In this document: positions 56,445 to 64,000 of the stretch, in pieces
Layout of the letters: the number at the start of each line of letters is the position of its first letter
Position numbering within the stretch: the first letter of the stretch is position 1
Assembly: GCA_963663165.1 (NCBI GenBank)
Contig: OY760175.1
Coordinates: 6,560,001 to 6,624,000, forward strand
Direction of reading: 5' to 3'
Length of the DNA: 64,000 nt
Origin: an uncultured Desulfospira sp.
Lineage (GTDB): Bacteria; Desulfobacterota; Desulfobacteria; Desulfobacterales; Desulfobacteraceae
Notes under the pieces: generated by a model
Seen by the model: only the letters and a program-made list of their open reading frames with translations
Databases searched by the model: none
What the model was told of the DNA's origin: nothing
Position numbers and translations under genes: made by a program

Positions 56445-58064
56445 TTGAAAAAATTTTTTCAAGTTGCTTTGTTTGCCGGTTTGGTTTTGCTTCTGGCCCA
56501 GTCCGCGGCCATGGCTGCGGCTGCTAAAGTTGCGGTCCTTCCCTTTACCATCAACGCCCCGGGTGACATGGGGTTCCTGCGGGACGGGATCCAGGACATG
56601 CTGGGCTCCCGGCTGTCCTGGGAAGATAAGGTGGTGGTTATTGACCGGGAGGCCGTTAATCAGGCCGTTGAATCCGTCACCGGATTTAAAGGGCAGAACC
56701 TGGCCCTGATGGTGGGGGCCAAGCTGTCCGCAGATTATGTGGTTTACGGCAGTCTGACCATGATCGGGGAAAATGCCAGCATTGACGCCAAGGTGGTGGA
56801 TGTGGCCGGCAAAAGCGAACCCACATCAATATATAAACAGACCGATACCGTGGGCCAGGTGATCCCTGAGATCAACAAGTTTGCCACGGATATCAATACC
56901 AAAGTCTTTAAACGGCCTGCGGCCCCCGGGTTTGAGGAAACACAGCCTGCCCAACGATACGCCTATCCCAACCAGGGCGCCATCATCCCCAGCGGCATGG
57001 CGGCCGGTGCAATGATGGGATCGGCCGGGCGCCTGGAATTCTGGAAAAGCCGGGATTATGATTACCTGATCACGGGCATTGCCTTTGGGGATGTCAACAA
57101 AGACGGCATCAATGAAATTGTCTATATCTCCGGCCAGCAGGTTTTTGTGACTTATTATGTTAACGGCGCATTGGCACCGCCCCTTGAAATTGCCAACACC
57201 CGGGTCAATACCTACATCGGTGTGGATGTGGCCGATATCAACGGAAACGGGACGCCTGAAATTTTTGTGTCCGGACTTACCGCAGATGAAAACGAGGTCA
57301 GCTCTTATGTATTGGAATATGACGGTGCCGGGTACAAAGAAATCGTCACCCGCTCGCCTTATGTTTTCCGGGTGGTAAAGCCCGTTAACGGGGATCTCAT
57401 GCTTATAGGACAGCGTCAGGAAGGAAAAAAAGGAGGGGTTTTTGCATCCAAAATTTCAGTAATGGCCCCAAGGGGAGATGCTTATTCCCCGGAAAGACTT
57501 TTGTTAAGGCCCGGGTTGTCCAATGCCTTAGGGGTCACTGTGGACGACCTTGACGCCAATGGGAATACCACCGTCATTGCCTACGATAAAAATGACTATC
57601 TTCAGCTGTTTTCAGGGGAAGGCCGGCCAAGCTGGAAAGGTACGGACAGGCTTGGGGGCAGCATGAGCCGTTTTCTGATCACACCGGAAGATCCTACCGG
57701 GGTACTAATAACCCAGTATTTCCCGGTCCGGGTGGGGACTTATGATTCAAACGGGGATGGAAAACCTGAAGTCATTACCCCGGCCAGCCATGATAAGGTC
57801 ATGAATCTGGTGGACGGGTTCCGGGTGTTCTCCAAAACCCGCATGCAGGCCCTGTCCTGGGACAGCTTGGGGGTATTTCCGGCCTGGCAGACCCGGGACC
57901 TGAATGGCCGGATCAGTGATTTCTTTATTGAGGATTTTGACGATGACGGCGTTATGGAGCTGGTGGTTTCCCTGGTCAAAGAGGAAAAGGGCGCCCTTCT
58001 GGACACAGGGGCCCAAAGCACCATTGTGGCCTATGAACTCGGGGAAAAACTTAAGGAAAAGTAA
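56445..58064 (+). CDS. Exported FG-GAP/VCBS-repeat protein with N-terminal TolB-N-like domain
   Basis: Signal peptide; VAVLPF domain; repeated D.N.DG..E motifs; TTG 56445 after AAGGAG (track start 56430). Confidence 0.8.
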   Translation: MKKFFQVALFAGLVLLLAQSAAMAAAAKVAVLPFTINAPGDMGFLRDGIQDMLGSRLSWEDKVVVIDREAVNQAVESVTGFKGQNLALMVGAKLSADYVVYGSLTMIGENASIDAKVVDVAGKSEPTSIYKQTDTVGQVIPEINKFATDINTKVFKRPAAPGFEETQPAQRYAYPNQGAIIPSGMAAGAMMGSAGRLEFWKSRDYDYLITGIAFGDVNKDGINEIVYISGQQVFVTYYVNGALAPPLEIANTRVNTYIGVDVADINGNGTPEIFVSGLTADENEVSSYVLEYDGAGYKEIVTRSPYVFRVVKPVNGDLMLIGQRQEGKKGGVFASKISVMAPRGDAYSPERLLLRPGLSNALGVTVDDLDANGNTTVIAYDKNDYLQLFSGEGRPSWKGTDRLGGSMSRFLITPEDPTGVLITQYFPVRVGTYDSNGDGKPEVITPASHDKVMNLVDGFRVFSKTRMQALSWDSLGVFPAWQTRDLNGRISDFFIEDFDDDGVMELVVSLVKEEKGALLDTGAQSTIVAYELGEKLKEK

Positions 58065-58101
58065 AAAAACAGCCATAATCGGCAAAACCTGCAATAAATT
58101 C

Positions 58102-58130
58102 TTGACATTGTGCAGTGCGGCTGGTATTTG
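58102..58130 (+). promoter_or_regulatory. Putative sigma70 promoter of the porin gene
   Basis: TTGACA - 17 nt - TATTTG with TG extension. Confidence 0.45.
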
Positions 58131-58316
58131 GGTAACATAAAAATCTCCTGTCGGGCGATTTTTTGTTAACGGAATCTGAAAATCAATAGGGGATTCCGGT
58201 TTCTAATTTAGAAAAGTTAGGGGTTTGAACCGGCCTTTTAAAAGGAGGGGCCGGTTAAAAGTCCTTCTTTAGTGAAAGTAATTTTATATTAACTCCAATT
58301 TAAAAAGGAAAAAAAG

Positions 58317-59546
58317 ATGAAAAAATTAGCGATTCTTTTGGCAGCACTGATGGCCGTAGCCTTTGCTGCTCCGGCATTTGCTGCCGACAACCTTGAACTG
58401 AGCGGTCAGTTCTGGGTCCGTGGCTGGGACATCAGCAACGACGGTTATACCGATGGCAATGATGCCAGTTTTTTTGACCAGAGAATGAGGCTCATGGCCA
58501 AAATTAAAGCCAGTGATAATGCCTATGTCGTCATCCGTACCGACCTTGGTGAGGGTGTTTGGGGTTCTGGTAATAGTGCTCTTAACGGCATGGGGGGCGG
58601 TTTCGGTACTGGACTGATTGCCCGGCCTGATGAAACTACTGAGGTTCAGATTGACCGTCTTTATGGCGTTTACAATGCAGAGATGTGGGAACTGACCGCT
58701 GGTCTTCAATACCTTGGTCTGGGTATTAAAGAAGTGGTTGATATTGAGCCTACCGCATTCAAACTTCGCCTGAAACTGGGTGCTGTGGAACCCTCGCTTA
58801 TTTATGCCAAGATTGATGAAGGGACATCCATAGATGATGACGCCGACGCAGAAAAAGACGGCGACCTCTACGCCCTGAATGTCAGCTTTGATCTGGCTGG
58901 CTTCGGATCAAATGTTTATTATGCTTACTACGAAGATGATTCAGTAGACATTGACCAGTGGGTACTGGGGTTCATGACTGCCGGCAAACTTGGCATTGTC
59001 AACCTGACTGCTGAAATTGATTTCTTCGGCGGTGAAAATGATACTACCAATGTTGACTATGTTGGATGGAACTTTTACCTGAAAGGCGAAGTCCCCATAA
59101 ACGACGTTTGCAAAGTTGGTGCTGAATTCCTGTATGCCCCCGGTACTGATGAGGCTGATGAGGATCAGATCAGCAACATCGGCGGAACTACCTTTGGCGG
59201 CTTCAACATCATGGATGCCAATTCTCCTGCAGTTCCTGATATTGCCCTTGAAGAGGGTGATGACTTTGAATTGACCGCTGATGGCGGTATTATCGGCTTT
59301 ACCCTGTTCGGTGATTACAAAGTTACTGAAGATCTTTCCTTTGGCGCAAAGATCGGTTATTTTGAGCCTGAAGAAGATGAAAACACCTTACTTGACGACA
59401 AGTTTGCCTTCCTTCTCTGGGGAAACTATGCATTAGGTTCCAACACTTCTGTATGTTTGGCATACTTACAGGAACTGCCTGATACTGACGCTGTGAATGA
59501 CGAAGACATTCAGACCGTTTATGCAAAATTCCAGATTAACTTCTAA
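58317..59546 (+). CDS. Major outer membrane porin-like beta-barrel
   Basis: Signal peptide (AFA), amphipathic beta strands, acidic composition, C-terminal YAKFQINF; followed by a strong terminator. Confidence 0.82.
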   Translation: MKKLAILLAALMAVAFAAPAFAADNLELSGQFWVRGWDISNDGYTDGNDASFFDQRMRLMAKIKASDNAYVVIRTDLGEGVWGSGNSALNGMGGGFGTGLIARPDETTEVQIDRLYGVYNAEMWELTAGLQYLGLGIKEVVDIEPTAFKLRLKLGAVEPSLIYAKIDEGTSIDDDADAEKDGDLYALNVSFDLAGFGSNVYYAYYEDDSVDIDQWVLGFMTAGKLGIVNLTAEIDFFGGENDTTNVDYVGWNFYLKGEVPINDVCKVGAEFLYAPGTDEADEDQISNIGGTTFGGFNIMDANSPAVPDIALEEGDDFELTADGGIIGFTLFGDYKVTEDLSFGAKIGYFEPEEDENTLLDDKFAFLLWGNYALGSNTSVCLAYLQELPDTDAVNDEDIQTVYAKFQINF

Positions 59547-59585
59547 GCATTTAGCTTAATTTAAATAAAATTACTTTCACGAGTT

Positions 59586-59616
59586 AAGGGCTGCAAGATT
59601 TCTTGCAGCCCTTTTT
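59586..59616 (+). terminator. Intrinsic terminator
   Basis: aagggctgcaaga / tcttgcagccctt stem plus T run. Confidence 0.88.
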
Positions 59617-59788
59617 ATTGTTCTGAAGAAAAACAATGTTTAATCAATAAAACGCTTGACATGGGGTTGAACCCGGGATAAAACCGGAATGAACAGTCGG
59701 CTTCTCTGCCCGGTTTCCTATGCGGATAAGGGTCATCGTTATTCACGATGGCCGGAAAATAACAGCAGCTTAAAAAAGGGAGGAAAAG

Positions 59789-61087
59789 ATGATGAAGAAA
59801 ACGGTTCAATTATTGACACTGGCGTTGATTCTTTGCTGTTTGCCGCAATTTGTTCTTGCAGGGGGGATTGACAACAAGCAGAACTTTTCAGCGCGCTACA
59901 TGGCCACAGGAAGCCGGAACGCGGCCACGGACGGTGCTGACATTGCCGCCTACAACCCGGCCGGTATCATGCAGCAGGAACCCGGCATCACCGTTGAATT
60001 TGATGCCCATTACATTGAGAAAGACTATGTGCACAAGTTTACCACCTATGACACGGCAACGCGGATATCAGGTGAATCAGATGAGCCTAGTTTAGTACCG
60101 GGACTTTTCGCTACCTATAACAGCGGGAAATGGGGCCTTTTCGGCGCTGTTACCGTCAATGGCGGCGGTGGGAAAGTGAAATATTCCGATGGAAATGGGA
60201 TTACCAATCTGCTGGAAGGTATGATGATGACAACTTATGGCGGTTTGGGCAATGCCTTACTGGGTATCACTGAAAACGAGAGCATTGAAGCCGAAAGTAT
60301 GTACATTACCTACACCATTGGTGCGACATATAAGATCAATAATATCTTCTCCGTTGGTGCCGGTGTCAGATGGGTCGATGCCGAAAAATCAGTTGAGGGC
60401 CATGCTGAATTTACCAATTATAACATTTTATTCCATGGAACCGAGTCGGACATCGATATTGATTATGAAGAATCGGCTGACGGCTGGGGCTGGGTGGCCA
60501 GTGTGAACGTCAAACCCAGTGATTCCGTTCTGATTGCCCTTCGCTATGAGTCCGAAGTTGCCCTGGAGTGGGAAAGAAGCTATAATTCTGGAAATAACGG
60601 CTGGGGTGCGACTGTTCTTGCTGGGCTTGGCAAACCAGACGGCGAAAAATTTGATCATAACCTGCCGGCCCTTATCGGCCTTGGGTTTGCCTGGCAGGCA
60701 ACTGAGAAATTGAACATTAATGTGTCATTTACGCATTATTTTGAAGAAAGCGCTGACTGGGACGGCATGGAAGATAATGTCAAAAACAGTTCAGACATCG
60801 GCATTTCGTTTACCTATTCTATACTGGATAATTTAAGGGTCAGTGCCGGATACATGCATACCTATGATGGAATTGATGCGGCTGATTATGATACAACCGC
60901 TCAGATGAGCCCGGTTCTGGATGCGAATTCCTATTTCTTTGGCATGGGGTATGATTTTAACGAGCATTTCACTGTGGAATTTGCCTTAGCTTACCTCACA
61001 TATGAAGGCCAAACAGATGCCACCTATGGTGTAGATTACGAAAAAACCAACAAAGCCGTGGGGATCGGCCTGATTTACCGGTTCTAA
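59789..61087 (+). CDS. OmpP1/FadL-family outer membrane transporter
   Basis: Signal peptide, AYNPAG hatch motif, beta-barrel pattern, terminal YRF. Confidence 0.85.
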   Translation: MMKKTVQLLTLALILCCLPQFVLAGGIDNKQNFSARYMATGSRNAATDGADIAAYNPAGIMQQEPGITVEFDAHYIEKDYVHKFTTYDTATRISGESDEPSLVPGLFATYNSGKWGLFGAVTVNGGGGKVKYSDGNGITNLLEGMMMTTYGGLGNALLGITENESIEAESMYITYTIGATYKINNIFSVGAGVRWVDAEKSVEGHAEFTNYNILFHGTESDIDIDYEESADGWGWVASVNVKPSDSVLIALRYESEVALEWERSYNSGNNGWGATVLAGLGKPDGEKFDHNLPALIGLGFAWQATEKLNINVSFTHYFEESADWDGMEDNVKNSSDIGISFTYSILDNLRVSAGYMHTYDGIDAADYDTTAQMSPVLDANSYFFGMGYDFNEHFTVEFALAYLTYEGQTDATYGVDYEKTNKAVGIGLIYRF

Positions 61088-61118
61088 ATCTCACCGATAA
61101 ATTAAACGTTAATTCCAG

Positions 61119-61158
61119 GGCCCGGCTTGATTTCAAGCCGGGCCTTGTGTTTTTCTTT
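61119..61158 (+). terminator. Intrinsic terminator
   Basis: ggcccggcttga / tcaagccgggcc stem followed by a T-rich tract. Confidence 0.8.
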
Positions 61159-61222
61159 GAAAACGATTAACTTTCAGCAGGTTGTTTAAAAAAAGCAGTA
61201 AGGGGAAGGGCCTATTTATCAT

Positions 61223-61642
61223 ATGGAAATAAAAGACAAGATCAAAGAAATGCTTCATGGCGATTTGGTTGATAAAAATTTTCCACATTGGTCCATTAAA
61301 ATGGTTTATCTTTTTGGATCATCTTTAACGCAGGATAGTTTTAAGCCCGGTTCAGATATTGACATTGGGTTTATGATTGATCATGAACTTTACGTGAAAG
61401 ATCCGTTGGCGGCCAGTTATGAAGCTTATAACATTTCAACCAGAATCAGTCTTTTGTTAAACAGAAAAACCGACGTTGTTTTGTTAAACTCGGCTTCTAT
61501 TGAAACCGCGTACCGGATTATTTCTACCGGGATCCTGTTGTATGAAAAAGACCCTGAATACAGGATGGCCTACGAAATAGCCCTAAAAGGAAAGTATTTT
61601 GATTTTAAACCATTTTTGGAAAATTTGCGAAAATCCGCTTAA
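61223..61642 (+). CDS. Minimal nucleotidyltransferase (MntA-like antitoxin)
   Basis: YLFGS...SDIDIG, DVVLLN and G.LLYE motifs; AT-rich. Confidence 0.85.
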   Translation: MEIKDKIKEMLHGDLVDKNFPHWSIKMVYLFGSSLTQDSFKPGSDIDIGFMIDHELYVKDPLAASYEAYNISTRISLLLNRKTDVVLLNSASIETAYRIISTGILLYEKDPEYRMAYEIALKGKYFDFKPFLENLRKSA

Positions 61643-61735
61643 GGACTGATTGAAGTCAATCTCTTTGTTTCACGGTAAGTTTAATGTATAGAATGGAGAC
61701 CGGAGACCGGATGCGGCGGTGTTGTTAGGTCGGTC

Positions 61736-61789
61736 GTAAGGGCGATTCATGAATCGCCCTTACAGGGGCAATTCATGAATTGCCCCTAC
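61736..61789. repeat. Two adjacent REP-type palindromes
   Basis: gtaagggcgattcatgaatcgcccttac (perfect, 28 bp) and aggggcaattcatgaattgcccct (perfect, 24 bp). Confidence 0.85.
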
Positions 61790-61915
61790 ACCATCACCTG
61801 AAATATAATAATCCAAAATTCAATTTTATTGGATCAACGTTTCCTGTCTTGTATATGAGTGCCCTGCCGGTTCGGCTCAACAGCTAATGGCTGACAGCTA
61901 ACAGCTAAAAGCTCC

Positions 61916-62251
61916 CTAAAACAAATACTTCCAAACCTTCCATCCCACTTTCTCTTCGGTTTTCTGCCATCTCGGGTTCTGCTGCATTAAGTATTCGGGG
62001 TTTTTGCGTTTGGCGTCATTGATGGCCGCCTGCTGTTCCTGTTCGATCTGGTCCCAGGTCAGGGTGGTCCGGTCAAATACTTTTTTGTTGATGGCTGCGG
62101 CAATCCGGTCGAGTTTGGCAATGAGTTCATCCCCATTGTCCGATTGTTCAAAAAAGGCCATGTACCGGTTATTGGCCATGTCGAATATTTTGGCGTCAAT
62201 GCTGAATGATCCGGCAAGTTCGGTAATAGAACCGGTCAGGATATAGTCGCT
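61916..62251 (-). pseudogene. 5'-truncated duplicate of the 3' half of gene 63323-63952
   Basis: Identical translation (SDYILTGSITELAG...VWKYLF); homology breaks at 62251 into AT-rich DNA. Confidence 0.9.
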
Positions 62252-62321
62252 ATTTATTTTTTGAGTAAAAGGGGTCAGGTCTTGAATTATAAGAAAAATA
62301 ATGCAACACCCCGAAATCCCA

Positions 62322-62798
62322 TTAAAATTTAAAAGAATTTAAATATTTTTTCAAAACTTCCGGAGCGATGAAAAGTCCATATTTTTCCGTCAGCTCCTTA
62401 ATCTTTAGTGATACATCATCAAATGATATATGATTGAGCTTATTTGCAAGCTTGAAAATACCAAGAACTCCCATGGGCGTAAGTCCTTTTTTTTCTGCGT
62501 GGTGCCTTGCCAATAAATCATTCAACAAAATTACATCACAGTTCAGTTCAATTGCCAATTGGATAGCTTCGAGTTCTCCTTGATGCATTCGTCCAACCGA
62601 ACCAAGAACGAAATTTTTACCAAATTCAGAAACAGGATGTACCGTTATGTAGTCAGGGATGGATTCCATCCCCCACTCACTTTGGACTTTTTCAGGAATA
62701 AAAATTTTGTTGAAACACTTTTTCAGTAAAATCAAGGAGCCCGTTTTTTCTAAAAAAATAAGAGGGCTGGTATTTGAAACAACATTAATTGGCTTCAT
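62322..62798 (-). CDS. DUF3368-like PIN-domain protein (putative toxin)
   Basis: VVSNTSPLIFL, IFIP.KV..E, GELEAI.LA and G.LGI motifs. Confidence 0.82.
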   Translation of the reverse strand: MKPINVVSNTSPLIFLEKTGSLILLKKCFNKIFIPEKVQSEWGMESIPDYITVHPVSEFGKNFVLGSVGRMHQGELEAIQLAIELNCDVILLNDLLARHHAEKKGLTPMGVLGIFKLANKLNHISFDDVSLKIKELTEKYGLFIAPEVLKKYLNSFKF

Positions 62799-63046
62799 TG
62801 ATTTGAAAGAAGCTTATCTACAGCATTGCAATCGCCGGAAACGACCTTTTCTGTTAATATAAATCCGCTGTTGAAATGTTCTTTTAATCTTGCTTTGAAT
62901 TCATCAAAGGAAAGCTCTGCTAATTCAGCGGCACGCTGAAAACTTATTTTCCCGGAATGGTATAGGCTCGCAGCCAGAAAAAATTGTGCTGACTGCGACC
63001 CCAACGGTTCCAATATCTCTTCAAAATTTTTTAATGCTGGGATCAT
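62795..63046 (-). CDS. UPF0175-family protein (putative antitoxin)
   Basis: LY..GKIS..RAAELA.LS..EF motif; overlaps the PIN gene start; GGAGG RBS. Confidence 0.82.
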   Translation of the reverse strand: MIPALKNFEEILEPLGSQSAQFFLAASLYHSGKISFQRAAELAELSFDEFKARLKEHFNSGFILTEKVVSGDCNAVDKLLSNQ

Positions 63047-63322
63047 CCAGGGGCCTCCTTTCCTTCAAACAACAGGTCCGATACCAAGAATTTTATTTTT
63101 TTTTGTTATAATATCCTCTTCGCTGTTGAATTAATATGTTATCGCAAGACTAAAAACATTGCAATCCGGTTTCTTTAACATGGTGGTCCTTTAAGCCCGC
63201 CATTGGCTTCTTTTTCGTACTGAAATACCATTTTTATTGGATTAACGTTCCCCGTCTATCGAATGAGTCCTCGCCGGTTCGGCTCAACAGCTAACGGCTA
63301 ATGGCTAACAGCTAAAAGCTCC

Positions 63323-63952
63323 CTAAAACAAATACTTCCAAACCTTCCATCCCACTTTCTCTTCGGTTTTCTGCCATCTCGGGTTCTGCTGCATTAAGTA
63401 TTCGGGGTTTTTACGTTTGGCGTCATTGATGGCCGCCTGCTGTTCCTGTTCGATCTGGTCCCAGGTCAGGGTGGTCCGGTCAAATACTTTTTTGTTGATG
63501 GCTGCGGCAATCCGGTCGAGTTTGGCAATGAGTTCATCCCCATTGTCCGATTGTTCAAAAAAGGCCATGTACCGGTTATTGGCCATGTCAAATATTTTGG
63601 CGTCAATGCTGAATGATCCGGCAAGTTCGGTGATGGAGCCGGTCAGGATATAGTCACTGTCCAACCTTTGGGAAATTTCTTGAATCTGAACGCTCTGGGT
63701 TTCATTTAAGCCGGCGATTTTTTTATTGACCTGGGAAGGGGGCATCACCCAGGTATGGTCCTGCCAGGAAAGCCTGGAATAAAACATGTTGACAAGACCC
63801 TGGCTCACATGGGGCATGTCTTTTGAGGCATTGATTTCAAAAGGAAGCACAGCAATGGTTTTAACCTGGGATGCCTGGGGTTGGGAAAGCATGAAAGTCA
63901 GACAAATAATAAACGCCATTGCCAGTGAATAAATCAGGTTGCTTTTTTTCAA
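63323..63952 (-). CDS. Exported TolB-N-like domain protein, paralogous to the N-domain of 56445-58064
   Basis: Signal peptide; IAVLPFEINA...SRLSWQD vs VAVLPFTINA...SRLSWED; DYILTGS...SIDAK. Confidence 0.75.
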   Translation of the reverse strand: MKKSNLIYSLAMAFIICLTFMLSQPQASQVKTIAVLPFEINASKDMPHVSQGLVNMFYSRLSWQDHTWVMPPSQVNKKIAGLNETQSVQIQEISQRLDSDYILTGSITELAGSFSIDAKIFDMANNRYMAFFEQSDNGDELIAKLDRIAAAINKKVFDRTTLTWDQIEQEQQAAINDAKRKNPEYLMQQNPRWQKTEEKVGWKVWKYLF

Positions 63953-64000
63953 GATAACCGTCCTTTACAGTTTGGATTTAAGCAGGGGGGTAACCACCTT

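Overview
Chromosomal window, probably from a sulfate-reducing deltaproteobacterium (Desulfobacteraceae-like; inferred from gene content, not from a search). Left core block, 1-9.5 kb: pyrH(partial)-frr-uppS-cdsA-dxr-rseP-purL-purQ-DUF554. Right core block, 48.6-61 kb: two tRNA-Ser genes, argS, a SPOR protein, gatC-gatA, mutL, an FG-GAP protein, a porin and a FadL-like channel. A ~39 kb accessory region (9.5-48.2 kb) lies between them. It holds a 13-core-gene type VI secretion cluster in P. aeruginosa H1-like gene order (fha-fha-tssJKLM-tagF-tssABC-hcp-tagJ-tssEFG-clpV-vgrG-DUF4123), with no PAAR and no effector/immunity pair visible. Next to it sit a PP2C phosphatase and membrane Ser/Thr kinase, a divergent operon for a Sec-exported caspase-like (C14) protease plus two CsgG/TolB-N-fold envelope proteins, and a MacAB-TolC-type exporter preceded by two paralogous secreted Gly/Ala-rich proteins. 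This caspase/CsgG/ABC module lies where H1-T6SS has TagQRST and is the best candidate for an undescribed system. Other oddities: a TssA with a duplicated C-terminal domain, a VgrG with a CxxC tail, near-identical ~90-bp inverted elements bracketing 6.7 kb, several heptamer repeat families (one G-quadruplex-like, one inside mutL), and a toxin-antitoxin cassette flanked by a ~428-bp direct repeat whose coding differences are all synonymous.
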